A stretch of DNA of 63,426 bases, the filler included, from Choristocarpus tenellus KU-1152 (lineage: Eukaryota; Protista; Phaeophyceae): assembly GCA_964200185.2 (NCBI GenBank). It is 11 parts of 11 records of this genome, joined end to end, with 100 filler letters (N's around TTAATTAATTAA, not from the genome) between each part and the next. Parts side by side here need not be neighbours in the genome. Positions count along the whole stretch, not along the records: positions 8,810 to 13,813 come from CAXNAD020012200.1; positions 13,914 to 17,870 come from CAXNAD020016937.1; positions 17,971 to 23,396 come from CAXNAD020010817.1; positions 23,497 to 33,539 come from CAXNAD020003185.1; 7 more parts are not named here. The stretch is one strand, 5' to 3'. The notes beneath the pieces are model-generated. The model worked only from the letters and a program-made list of their open reading frames with translations. It searched no databases and was not told the origin of the DNA. Positions 12,250 through 24,828 of the stretch are shown here, in pieces (the first letter of the stretch is position 1; each line of letters begins with the position of its first letter). Made by a program: the position numbers and the translations under genes.

Positions 12250-13237
12250 GTTGTTTCCACAATATCGAACCGCGGAACCAGAGCTTCTTCCTCCTCCTTG
12301 AACCGAAGTATCGACACACTCTTACTCTCTCACTCTCTCACCTTTCTACGCTATCTATTGAGTTTTGACACACATTGTCAATCAATTCATTGATATACTA
12401 GGGTATATATTAAGTTGAATGTGATAGTCAGTCTTGGATGACTCTTGATTTCATTCAAGGACACAACTTCTACTTCCGTATCTTTAAAGTTTGGGTAGAA
12501 ATCATAATAGAATATTATTAGAGTACGGAGTACTTTCAAAAGAGAAGAAAAAAGAACACTGAAGTTTGCAGATGAGGAAGTAAAAAGAATCAAATTTCGT
12601 AATGATTAAGAGGTTTTCTAACGTTCCTCCGTTCTCTGTTCCACCGCCAGTTACTCAGGTATTCTATAACGGTATAAGAGTATTCACCTCAACATATAGA
12701 TAAAGTGATGTATAACTTTATCAAAAGGACATTTTATATACACATATGTATATAGTTTTCATTGGTTTCTCCCTGACACATCTGCAAAATGTTAGAGGGC
12801 TTAATAATAAAATAATGTTCTATGATAGTAGCATAATGTTCTATTACAATTTCTGACGTTCTACAAGGAAAAACCAATAATTAGTAAACACAAGAATAGC
12901 ATTGAATAAGATATGGTTGTGGATATTATTATGCGATGTATTGTAAGACCCCCCCTCCTTCCGTTCGACCTGTAGTCCGACTATTTTCCTACAGATTATT
13001 TCTACGATTGTTGGGTTGGAATGTGACTTTATTGTGTAAATAATTACTTTATGGAGATGTATATCGACTGAAATAGGCTGGAAGAGGTGTATCTTTTCTT
13101 CTATAGACATTCCCCTTCCCTTTTTCCTTATCTGTACGAAACATTATTGGGAGAGGATAATTGATCTCAAAGTGCTATTTTTTTTTGTGGTGTATAAGTC
13201 TTCTGTTTGACTATGTATTGGGAGATGTCCCGACCTG

Positions 13238-13720
13238 TGATACTTTCAAATCCGATAAGAAATGTCGTGTTATCTCTATGTGTCAGACCTACTTTTGAAC
13301 GTTTAAACCTCAGAAGATCCAATTTACTTACAAACCACCAACCACTACATATATCTAGTTCGTAGTAAGAGATAATTTAGTACATAGTAGTAGTTAGGAC
13401 ATATCCATATTTATAGTAGTGGTCATATATATATATATATGTTAATCATACATACTACCATTATAATACATGTATACTTATTACTAGTGTTCGTCTATTG
13501 AGTTGGTAAATGTTCGAAATGGTGATACTTTCAAATTCAACAAGAATGTCGTGTTCTCTCTCTGTGTAACCACTTTTAATGTTTAACTTTAGAAGGTCCA
13601 ACTTACTCACACATCATCACATCAAATGTACAACACTGATGTATAAACTAGTAGGAGGTAAGGTATTAGTACATTGTAGTAGTAAAGACAGAAGATCCGT
13701 ATGTACAGGAGTAGATATGT
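13238..13720. repeat. Diverged direct duplication (about 285-bp spacing) in AT-rich DNA
   Basis: GTGATACTTTCAAAT..AAGAA(A)TGTCGTGTT.TCTCT...AGAAG.TCCAA.TTACT occurs at about 13238 and about 13522. Confidence 0.7.
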
Positions 13721-13744
13721 AAATGATGCATCCTAGTTTACACC

Positions 13745-13813
13745 TAACAGCCGATTTCAAAAATTGAGGATGGAGCTTTTCATCGAGGATGGGCTTGACC
13801 CCAAATTGACTGG
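13745..13813. repeat. End of a third dispersed repeat/MITE family; counterpart at 23500-23570 in the opposite orientation
   Basis: TAACAGCCGATTTCAAAAATTGAGGATGGAGC versus the reverse complement of 23500-23570, TAACAGAGGATTTTCAAAATTGGGGATGGAGC; both copies abut assembly gaps. Confidence 0.6.
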
Positions 13814-13919
13814 NNNNNNNNNNNNNNNNNNNNNNNNNNNNNNNNNNNNNNNNNNNNTTAATTAATTAANNNNNNNNNNNNNNNNNNNNNNNNNNNNNNN
13901 NNNNNNNNNNNNNCATTGT

Positions 13920-15420
13920 GGTGTCATGTATTTGGAGCAGGAAACTTGTTTGACCTCTTGAGAGGTACAGCGCAGGGTCATGGCGTGGGTATTCAGGGCT
14001 GTACTTTGGGGTGTTGCAAAGGGAGGAAGGTGTAGTGTGTGCGTGCGTGTGTATGTGCTCCTAGAAGCAAGTTTTGTTGTTGAGTGTGTTTTGCGCTGAA
14101 TCATTCCAGATGGAGCTCTCTGCTGGTTGGATTGTTGAAAGGAGCTTGCATTGTGAGAGGGCACTGCAAGTCGTGGAACTTTCTTTTTTGTTGGTTGGTT
14201 TGGATTCCTACAACTGCAGGTTAGGGGGGAATCGTGTCAGATTCTGATGAAGGATGAAGGAGAGTGGATAGAGCAGTTGCCAGGTCTTGACAAGAGAATG
14301 GGAGTGATTTCCATCAGTGCATTCATTTAAGGTTTGTGGAGAAGGAAATTGGATAGCAGAGGGCGAAGGATTATTGGATATGGTTCGTATGCCTCGGACC
14401 AGTATGCTAATATAGTGTGCAAGATATTGTGCCTACTTGAGCAAGTGATAGGGTAGTTGGGACTTGGCATTATTGTTGCTCGTTAGAGTGTACTGAGCGT
14501 TTCTCTAGGCCCCATCTGGCCACAGGGGATTCAGGAAGAGGGGAAAGGACTGGCTGGAGGATAGGCAGATGTGAGCTGGCCTGACTGATTTTTTGAGTAG
14601 AGGGGAAGGCCGCTGAGGGTATGGGGAAACAGTGTGTTAGTAGGCAAGTGGGGAAGGACGAGCAATTGTTTAGTATTTTGATTGAGAAGCAGTAGGTATC
14701 CTGTTGAGCTGTGACACGCATGTTTCGAGCGATTCACTTGTATTTTTGTGTGCTTTGTATGTTCATGTGTATGCGGTTCCTCTACTCCCAACCTTTTGTC
14801 TGAAAGATGTGTATTCTTTTTTGTTTAATCCGTGTGCTTGCATGGAGTAGCGATCCAGATGTTTTGGTTGTGCTCATCCAGACCGGTGGCAATGTATGGT
14901 CAAGTGCATGGGGGACAGGGGAGCAAAGGTTTTGGATGGTGGGTATGGATAAAATAGTAATTTGGAGGTGAGGCTGTGGAGAGTTGAAGGAGTGAGGAGG
15001 CCCACCCTTCCTCGCCAGTAGAAAGAGGTGAAGCCACACATGTGGTGCAAAGTAGTTGTTCTGTGCTTTCTTACATCTCTCCTTGTCTCAGATCAGAAAG
15101 GATAGTTGTGTAAATGAGTGTTGCTGGTTCCACTGTTTGTTGCAGTAACAAGGGGTCAACATGATGAGTAAGGTGCAACGATCACCCCATATCAACGTGT
15201 TTGGTTGGTCTTTGTACTACTTTGAGCGACCTGCTGAGAAGATAGAACAGCGAGCTGTGCAGTGGATAGGCACTCCTCCATTATACAGATATGTGACTCG
15301 TTTGATGAGATTTGCTGGACCCATTTGTTTTTGCTGTCTTATCTCTGTTTGTTCATCTCAGTTGGTAGACTGTAAAGAGTGCTAGAGAGGAGTCGCTCTG
15401 GTGGTGTTGCTGCTGCCCGT
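13920..15420 (-). mobile_element. Decayed LINE-like reverse transcriptase remnant
   Basis: Intronless coding-like sequence with many stops; degenerate RT-like blocks (LSDLRQG near 15085). Confidence 0.35.
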
Positions 15421-16304
15421 TCAAAGAAGTGTGTGAACCACGTGGTAGCAACAGATACAATGCACAGACAAATAGTTACTTGCGCTATCAGTGTGGTAAC
15501 ATGAGAGGGTCTTCCTTACTTCACTCTACCCGGAGTTTCTTTCCATGTGTCATACTTGGTTGCTTTTTTCACCATCTCAAGCTTGCTTGGCGTACTAGTG
15601 CTTTTCAAAGCGGCTTGAGATCGTTTTTTCACCGCGTGTGTTTCTTGTGGTGTGTGCAGGATGCCTGTATTTTTGTTTGATGGTGGTGGTGGTGGCGACG
15701 TGTTTTTGTAGTGCCTGGCGTGTACGTGCGCACGGCGCGCAAGCAAGAATTTATCATGTGCACAACAGTACAATATCAATAATACACAAGATTAAAAAAC
15801 AGTTGGGCTGTTTAACCATCTCACTTCCTCTTCTGTCTCTGTCAGATGAATGTCGCATTCATTCGTGTCTTGTGTGTTTGAGCGAGGGAGTGGTCGACGG
15901 TGTGATTCATAGAGCCTTTGTTACTGCAGAGAGTAGATGGCGTATTGTAGTTCTTATTGGTTACCTGCAGTGGTGTTCCATGTTGTAGAGTTTCTTGGCT
16001 ATGTTGCAAGCAAAAAAGGATAATAGTGGGTGGCTGTGGATGTGTGATGAAGGATGGATGTGGTTGGTTGTGGGGGTACTGACTGTCTACGTTCTCAATG
16101 CTGATCTACGCAGTAATAACCAAAATTGCTCTATCTTGAAGGAAAGAGTTTGAACTTGCTTTTCTGGAAAATGCATCAGCACTACTTCAACCATTCATTG
16201 ATCGAGGTAACCCAGATATATCGGCAGTAGTACTAGATGCAGAAAGGCAGTCATAAATAAATGAACGAGGCTCCCGGGGCGATGCTGCCACACAGATGTT
16301 GTAC

Positions 16305-16335
<31 letters not shown>

Positions 16336-16680
16336 TTTCCTCAACTACTTTCGCAACTTCGATTTTTGAAGGTGGCAGTGATTAAGGTAGAAGCACGCCA
16401 CACTGTCGAATTCTTCTTGACTTGCAAACTTGCTTGGATGGGCGATCATGTGAGTTTAATCCAACCTCTTACAAGTCTTCTTGAAGTAGTAGACATGGCA
16501 TACTCCAAAAAATTGAGAAATCCTGAGAGTATGGATTTCACAATCCTACTTAATTATCATGGCCAACAGCACAAGAAAACATATCCAATGCAATAGTCAA
16601 TCGATAAATGATGAAAATTACTCCATTATGGAAAAAATATAATATCAATTATATTGCAGATATCCGCTTTATTGTGAGAA

Positions 16681-16752
16681 GGTCTTATGGTGTAGTCGGT
16701 AACATTTGAGACTCTGAATCTCACGCCCCGAGTTCGAGTCTCGGTAGGACCT
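16681..16752 (+). tRNA. tRNA-Gln, anticodon CTG
   Basis: Acceptor stem GGTCTTA/TAGGACC; A box TGGTGTAGTCGG; anticodon arm TGAGA-CT-CTG-AA-TCTCA; T arm CCGAG-TTCGAGT-CTCGG; T-rich Pol III terminator immediately downstream. Confidence 0.96.
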
Positions 16753-17099
16753 TTCATTTTCTTACACTACACATTGCGCTACGTGTTGACTAACTTTTCC
16801 ATTCCGACTGTTGTATTGCTTCTACTCTTGCATTGCTTGTGACATGTTGGGTGCAGCTCTCCCGCCCCTCATAGCTCCGTCTCTCTCTCGAATCTTGTGC
16901 TGAACCCACCTTGAAGGTCCGTCTGGCATTTTCGTGGGGTAGCCACATAATATGGGGTAGTGGAATGTGTGTATGTGTACAATTGGTTGTGCTTGCCACG
17001 TGAAGCTGGATCATTGAACCAGATTTCCCAGAAAAGAAGCCTGGTGTCGAAGGGGTTCAAACCCACAATATTCGTGTGGGTACCCCCAACTTAACAACC

Positions 17100-17516
17100 A
17101 TTCTCGTATAAGGACACCACTTAACGGCTACCTCTCTACAAGTACATGTATGTCTAGCCAGACGGGAATACCATTGAACAATTTTTACCCCTCATTGTTG
17201 CTATTCCACAACATAATACACGAAGGGGATAGGTTAAGGGCTTGACAACAAACACTATCACCTAATCATAGACGGGTATCATTTCTCTTCAGTTGAATTG
17301 TTGAATCGAGAGTACTTGTTTACGAATATAATTTTTAATCGGGTTCCAAAACTAAATGTTCTGCACTTAGAGTAATAATCCAAATGCAATGGCATGACAC
17401 GAATTATGAGACATGAAACCCCAAGATAGTCCCGTCAGCAGAGCTCACATCCGCTTGATAAGAAGAAGCAAACGAAAATTACGTCTTACTTCTCTGTTTC
17501 AACTAATTGCAATTAG
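17100..17516 (+). mobile_element. Possible internally deleted pogo-like remnant
   Basis: Frame ending KKKQTKITSYFSVSTNCN*, similar to the PIP-box-like KQxxIxxFF tail of pogo/Tigger transposases; a TIR-like CTCGTATAAGGACACC lies near 17103. Confidence 0.3.
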
Positions 17517-18465
17517 GTCAAAGCTACTCAACCACTACGATTCACACCACTACAACTATTTATTTCTCATCTTTCGACTCACCTAATTCCACGTCCAAAA
17601 CTACACTGCAAGCCTGAAAAATTATTTTACAACATAGTTCCCACACTGAACTCAGGTACCCTCATTAGATACCACCTACTACTACATACATGTAGAGTAT
17701 CTGGTTTAGAACAGCATCAGTCTTTCAGATTCAATCTCTCTCATTCCCTGACTCCATACCTACCTGTAAGAATACATACACATCTGAATTTGTTTTAGCA
17801 TCTGCTTTTTTGTTACAGGCGAATAGAGCGAGTATTTCTTCTTATATTTCAACGAAGTGCAAACGTTTGTNNNNNNNNNNNNNNNNNNNNNNNNNNNNNN
17901 NNNNNNNNNNNNNNTTAATTAATTAANNNNNNNNNNNNNNNNNNNNNNNNNNNNNNNNNNNNNNNNNNNNACGCAATCCCCTCCCTACTTCCCCCCCCCC
18001 CCCCCCCCCCCCCCGCCCCCATTCCCCCCCAGTATCGCCCCGATTTTACTTCAAGAGCCTACAACAAAACAAGAAAATGTCTCTTTTTTCTTTTCTTCTT
18101 GTCCAGTTTCGTTGCCTTGGGAGGCGCTCTGCCTGCTGCGGTAGGACCTGAGCACGCCGGGTGGCAGCCCCTTGCGTGCGCTCATTCTCCAAGTTCAACC
18201 CCTACAACCCTGGGTACAAGCCTAGCTCTGCCTTGGGATGGATTTCGGACTGGTGCTACATACAGGATGCGTTCGCTGCGATTGGATTATCCTCCCCCCC
18301 CAAAAAATGACAGGCGTTTTTCCACCTGTTTCTGGAAGATAATAAAAAAAAACAAAAAAGAAGCTTTTAACTTCAATAGAGTCCAAGCAAATTCATAGGC
18401 TCTCCCTCTCTATCTCTCTATTACAGCACAGCTCATCACTGAACCCCCCCCCCCCGATCTGTAGC

Positions 18466-18686
18466 GCTCTGTAGCACCAGAAACGTCGCATGTATGCAAT
18501 AAAAATACTGCAACTTTTTTTTACCCCATTCGTGCGACCACGCTGTTTGAACATGAATGGCTCCATAGTGCTCTGTAGCACCAGAAATGTCGCATGTATG
18601 TAATAAAAATACTGCAACTTTTTTTAACGATATTCTTGTGACCATGCTGTTTGAACACGAATGGCTCCGTAGCACTCTGTAGCACC
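18466..18686. repeat. About 104-bp tandem repeat, 2.1 copies, inside an SLBP intron
   Basis: CTCTGTAGCACCA starts at about 18466, 18571 and 18675, with conserved intervening sequence. Confidence 0.9.
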
Positions 18687-18753
18687 ACACAGTCGCGAGT
18701 ACAATACAGAAACTTTCATGCCAAGAGAGCCAGGCGAAAAGTGCTTGTCTCAC

Positions 18754-20558
18754 TTGGGAACAGTTGCCACATATATGTCATAGCCCAGGGTGTTCTTTCC
18801 GTAATCAATTTGCTTTTGCCTTTGGGCCAGGCGCCGAGGGTCGGTCTCTTTGTCACCTGCAAACTTGAGTCCCGTAGCTGTAAAAAATTAACAAGAAGAA
18901 ACAAGCAGGTACAAAGAGTGGCGGTAGGATGGGTCAATCACGGTCCAGATGGGGGATCATTTGGGGAGTTACAATGATAGTGGGGGAGAGGGAGAGGGAG
19001 GGGGAGAAGGCGGTGAGAGATTGTTCATAAAAAAAAAAGACTTGGTTTTTAAAGGCAGGGTAACTCTTCTCGAGATAGCCAGTGCAAGATACTCTAAATG
19101 CAATTTTGACAAGAGGTTCGAAGGCATGCCCGACACCAGGCATTCGAACGAATTAGGGAGGGACCTTACCACAGACATCGAGTTAGAGCCGGTAATGGGA
19201 CATGCATTGGTGTAACGTGTGTACTGAACGCAGGCAAGGGATCAATATCTGACTCCACTCACAACCCCCAGCTTACGGGCACAGTACATAAAAGACTCCA
19301 GTGGACATTTACAAAATCTCTTTCTCTCTCTCTGTTACATAGATCCCTCTGTCCTGTTGTGCCTTTGCTTACACTACCAGCTCCTCGACGTATCACATTA
19401 CAACCTCCCAAAAAAGAGTCAAGCCATCCCTGTTTTAGAAAACTAAGCGCACATTTCTTCTGGCGGGAGAAATTCGATACTGGGGGGTTGTTTGCCAACG
19501 ACTATCGGGGAATCCAGGGACCAGGGACGCCAACAGGCAAGGGACCTTGCCACCCTCGGTAGAGACTTTTGTTGTTGTGTGTTGTACCACCCGTTGTTAT
19601 ATATTTGAAGAGGGGGCAGTAGTGACGATCTTTTACAAGGTTCTGTTGACAACGACAAGCGCAAAATCGCAATCTGTTCGGTATATTCTCACAGAGTCTG
19701 GAGCCTGCAAAAGAAACTCCGCTGAACACAAATCAAATTCAGTTGCCCCCTCCCTGAGCGACCGAACGAAAGCTCAAGCCAAGGGCTGCTCTCCAAAATT
19801 CCAGTTCACCATCTTCCCTCACCCTTTCCACCAGCTTCCGACCCCTTAAACTCGGGTGCCTGCCCCAGAAGGTGACGTGGAAGTGCTGGCTCGTTCACCT
19901 CCCCTGTCTCAGTCCTTCCTCCAGTCCCGATCTTTTTTGTGACCCTGTTTCCTTGCCTTTCACCCCTGTCCCTTTTGCTGCCCCTGTTACTAGTGCTGCC
20001 GTAACAGTTGCCATTTCGGTTCACTGCACCTCTCCTGGATCCCCGTGCATTGCTACCACTTCCCATTGTGCCCACCTCTTCAATCCCACCCCCTCTCCTG
20101 GCTTTGGTCCCATCCTCACCCCAGTGACCCACCCTATCTCGTCCTTTACTTTGATCCCACTTTCGGATTTGACCATTTTCCTCCGTGGCGTAGCCCTGCT
20201 TGCGACCTCTTCCCCAATCCATGTTACCCTTATACACCCCTCTGTTCGTGTCTCTTACCTCGTGTAACCGGCTTGGGCTACTACTCCTACTCCGGTCTCT
20301 ACTCCGGCTCCGGCTCCGGCTCCAACCCCTTCCGTTTTCCCTTCCCCCACCCCCTTCTGCTTCCCATCTTCCCTCATTGTCCCTTCCCCAGTCACTCCCC
20401 CTGTCTTTCCTTCCCGTTCTGTTTATCTCCCAGTCCACACTCACTCCCTGCTCTGTTCCCAAATATTTTTCATATCCCCCGTTGCGTTCCCCAACTCTTC
20501 CTTCATCTCTCTCCCAGCGCCCAGTGTAACTCATCTCTCTGTCTTGCCTCCAATCCAT
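18754..20558 (-). CDS. SLBP: Histone RNA stem-loop binding protein (SLBP/HBP); exons 20558-19823 and 18877-18754; 3' part missing
   Basis: A phase-1 GT-AG join gives ...[46 protein letters not shown], the hallmark start of the SLBP RNA-binding domain. This exon is missed by the ORF track. Exon 1 is RG/RS-rich. Confidence 0.88.
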
Positions 20559-21232
20559 AATGTCCAATAACCTACAAGACCCTTCACTTCGTGCAGGAGG
20601 CCTAGGCTGTCAAACGGGACAGTTATTGGGAGAAAATGGCAAGCTCTCAGATAGAGAACTTTATCGGTAGATCGTGCAATTGCGCTGATGACTATGAAAG
20701 AGGGCGGTGTGCCTGGATAGGGAGGGGAAGGGCGTTGTCCTGGGGAGAGACTCGATGGAGTATGCTTAAATTTCAAAATGAGGATGGGGATACGAGCCAT
20801 GTAGAACAAGGCATTCGAAGCACCAACCTGATCGGTTTCAGTAAGAACGACCTCGAAATAGAGAAACCAATCGACCCTAGCAAGGGCAGGCCAAGCAGTG
20901 TGACAAATTTGGACTGAAGTATCGACTGATGGGTTGTCTTGGTTTGTTGGTTTGTTGAGATGGGGCGAACCACAGACGATGTCAGAAAGTTAATAATCTC
21001 ACATAGTTATTATTCTTGTTGGAAAAGAAAGAAGTCCAACTTTCAAAAATATCTGTACGTTCTACAGAATTTCCGGTAGCGGGATCAAGTTCATATATAA
21101 ATGCCCAGTAAGTTTAACTTCTCGAAAATATGCTGCTCCACCCTCAAATGTTGTACTCCCCTCCACATCTTCCTTCAATCTTCAACTCGTTCAACCTCTG
21201 GAAGGCATCGATATCAGAGGAAGTTGGGAGTC

Positions 21233-21433
21233 ATGAGGTCAGCAATAGTTTCCATAGTCGCTGTCTCGTTGACAATGTTTGATGGGGTCCAAGGCTTCGT
21301 CAGCCTGTCCGGGCGACAGGCGGTGTGGGGTATGCTGCCGAGAGTACCATGTGGACGGAGTTGCGCGGTTGCCAAGAGCGCGATGACTGAGAAAAAGGCA
21401 CCATCTATGGCTCTCAAGGGAATGGCGAAGAAG
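21233..21433 (+). CDS. First exon of a putative plastid-targeted protein, divergent from SLBP
   Basis: MRSAIVSIVAVSLTMFDGVQG|FVSLSGR...: a signal peptide followed by Phe at +1 (ASAFAP-type) and a basic Ser/Ala-rich transit peptide; likely donor AAG|GTGGAT. Downstream exons not resolved. Confidence 0.55.
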
Positions 21434-22590
21434 GTGGATTGGGGTGATATTTTGAATGAGTGTATAATTTCAGTGCGGTGAGACCTGGTAGCTTTTCGAG
21501 AATTACTCTAGGAGGCATGTGCGTGCAACGACGAAAGACCCCCAGAGTAAGAGACCGCCCTTACGCGAGTATGCGGTCCATAGATAACCAACGAGTTGGT
21601 GACCTGTCCGTGCAGACATGAACGATCTTATGTTGTCCCTCGACATGTGTAGATCCTTTCAACTCAATCTTGGCTGCATGCATCTCGCACTCTGACTTAC
21701 TGGAAATAGTAAAGCATGATTTACTCCAAGCGGGACGTGCTATTTTTTTCAGCCCGACCAAACAGCGATAAATCGAGCTCAATTAACCTGGTGCCTTCGT
21801 TAGGAGATGAATGGTGCCATGACTGTCTTGACGGTACGAACATCAAACAATGTATTTTCATCTTTAATCTACAACGCAAAATAAGCACTTGTAAACCTTT
21901 AATACACCTGAAATGTCATTCGTGTAGCTAAATGTGAGACAACTGACCAGGCAAGGAGGTGTTCATGGGGGTGGTCGTGGAAGGTCAGCTGAGGACAGCT
22001 TTCACTTATCATAGTCAAACAAGGTGTGCGAGAGTATCTTGTATAGTATGAGGTAAAAGGAGAATGATTGTGAATGTATTGCTTCAAGTCCATGGTGTGA
22101 GATCACAATGCTGTCGTTGCGTACAATTTTAATTCAGTGGACGTTTCGCATCTAATGACACGGAAGCGTTCATGCACATTCGGTAATTTGCAGTAGTACC
22201 ATTATCTGGTATTGAGTACCAAGAGTACACATATACTACTATGTCAGTACTTGTGGCTTGATTTGTTGGATGGATGGATGGATGGGTGGATGGATGGTCT
22301 GTGGTGTAGCTGTCGACGGGAACATGATAATCGGAAAGGGTATATAACATTTCAACTGGCCCTAACCCTGAACCTAGTCACGTACTCCAAGAAAGAGGTC
22401 TTCACTTGCGTAACTTTGTATTGTCCATGCCTAGTGACAATTATGCCACCAAACATATGCTCCCTTAGACTAAAGTGAGGAGAATCAATGTTCGGATAGG
22501 TTTCTCATTCTAGTTTTGGCCTCGATTGAGAAGCCAAGGACACGGCGTGTAACCTATTGCTGGGGTTTTGCGCTTGTACGCCTCGGGTTG

Positions 22591-22663
22591 GGTCTGAAAG
22601 GCTTCAGACCGTCATTTGCGTTGACCTACCTGATACCGAAACAATGGTTCCGGACTTGCACTG

Positions 22664-22702
<39 letters not shown>

Positions 22703-22780
22703 GCGTTGACCCACCCGATACCGAAACAATGGTTCCGGACTTGCACTGATTATATTATTATTACTATTATTACTATTATT
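22591..22780 (+). repeat. Retroelement-like 3' end: hairpin plus a duplicated 48-bp unit, each copy followed by (TTA)n
   Basis: Hairpin GGTCTGAA-AGGC-TTCAGACC (22591-22610); TTGCGTTGACC.ACC.GATACCGAAACAATGGTTCCGGACTTGCACTGA at 22616 and 22701, each followed by a TTA tail. Confidence 0.65.
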
Positions 22781-24828
22781 AAGTCATTGATCAGATTGTA
22801 TGTTTGCAATGTAAATGCCTCCTTTAAAAAGCACGAAAATTATTATTTTTTTTAGTATATATATACATATTATATACATATATGTATATACACACAGGTG
22901 TATGTGTACATCAATATTCGTCTGATTCGTTCCAACGGAGCAAACCAACACCTCTTCCGACGATGAGGAGTGCCAAGGGACTGGGATGTCTTTTCCAATA
23001 TTCTACAACAACAACAACAACAATAACAACAATAACAACAAAAACAAAAAATGTAGAAAAAAAAATGTGGTTCCTAGAATGTAAAAATCACGCCCGTGTG
23101 TCTTTTTTTTTAATATCCCCTCTCGTTCCCCGATAAACTTCAACACAAGTGAAACTGTTTCGCTTAGGAATAAAAGGCAGACAGAAACAACGTACGAGAA
23201 GAGAGAAAAAAACGTTTTGGTCGCCTTCCTTCAACATGGGTGTACATTATATGGAATGTCAGGAATACTACACCTGTGGTGCATACGTACGTAGTGTGTG
23301 CATCAGCTAAATGTACGGGCTTTGGGGGGGGTTACAGGTTGTGTGTGTTTTTTTTTGTCATGCGCACAGTAGTTTTTTTTTTTTGTTTTTTTTTCTNNNN
23401 NNNNNNNNNNNNNNNNNNNNNNNNNNNNNNNNNNNNNNNNTTAATTAATTAANNNNNNNNNNNNNNNNNNNNNNNNNNNNNNNNNNNNNNNNNNNNTTTT
23501 TAAGACCGTTTTCGCAAAACAACCATCCTCGTAGTCCCGCTCCATCCCCAATTTTGAAAATCCTCTGTTATCTACAGCAACACAAACATGATACACAAAT
23601 AAATGCCAATCAGAACATAGGTAAACGGGTATGTAACAATGATAATCACAATCCTATTATTTGGGCAAAAACTATTCATGTTTCATCTGAAGTTATCCCA
23701 CAAGACAAACGATGAGTGGGCAAGGTTGTGACAATTGTATTGCTATTGGAAACTAACCGGGCAGAAGAATTTTCAATGGTGGCAATCTGCCAAGCACAAC
23801 TCTTTTGTGGGGTCTTTCTTGGATCAATGAAGAAAAATGATCAGTGTATAGAGTCGCTGTATGTTCCCACCAATGAAATGACTGCAGTGTAGAAAACTCC
23901 TACTTTACTATGTTAATGCAAGCAAGTACATGAATATCCAGGCTATACCCAACCTGGAATATAATCGACTTATTAGAGCTCTACATCTTGTATTCAAGTC
24001 CTTCAGTGGTTGTTGAGTACGCCTCTCGAAATGCAATCATAAAAAACCCGGTCTAGTTATCAATCCAGCCAAAATAATTCAATAAATAACCTACCATTAG
24101 CTTGCTGGGGGAGGACAAAGATAGGGTTAAAAATGTAGCATCCAGAGACAGAGTGCATTCTGAATGGCATTGAAGAAGAAAAGTGTATCATCTACAAAAG
24201 GGCAATATTCATACCCACCACAAAAACAAGAGATCAAACAGAAGTAAGACCGACTAACCCAAAGGTCATGTAGTATGATTGCTCTGTACCGATCACCAGC
24301 GTACTGCCCGAATGCAGATTGAATACTTAAAAACGACAATTACGCTAACCCTGAAACAAAAATAAGTCCCACTTTAGAGTTCATAGTAACAGTTGAAGAT
24401 CGAATGGCAAAGGCCTAGTATGAGCTGCTTATTAGAGACAGGTATATCAAGGACACAGAATGAGCAGTGTCAAGCATGACTTATCTTGTTTATTCTGCAA
24501 CAACAATATTGGATTGGGAACCATTTCTTTCATCTTGGATTTATGGTCATGCCATGTTTACCGGGCAGCCTTGATCTTGTTATTTCCCCCCACCTCCCAA
24601 CAAACCCAACAAACTTAAAACAAGATGAAATCTCAATCCCCAAACCAATTGTTTCCCATCTCATACTAAAGGCAGCAAACATACTCCACTCTTATTCCAT
24701 GTGCACCAAGGAACTTAACTTATCAAGGAACTTGAAACTGAGGATTTTCATGTCAGAAGAGAGCTAACATACATAAATACTGTACACGCACATATACACA
24801 AAAGGCACGCACACATCAAACACATCAG

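Noticed and set aside
17035-17070. GGTTCAAACCC B-box-like motif suggesting a second tRNA or SINE
   Set aside because: No cloverleaf or convincingly spaced A box.
22591-22610. Hairpin near the SLBP gene as a possible histone stem-loop
   Set aside because: It does not match the GGYYYT-TTYH-A-RRRCC consensus and no histone ORF precedes it.
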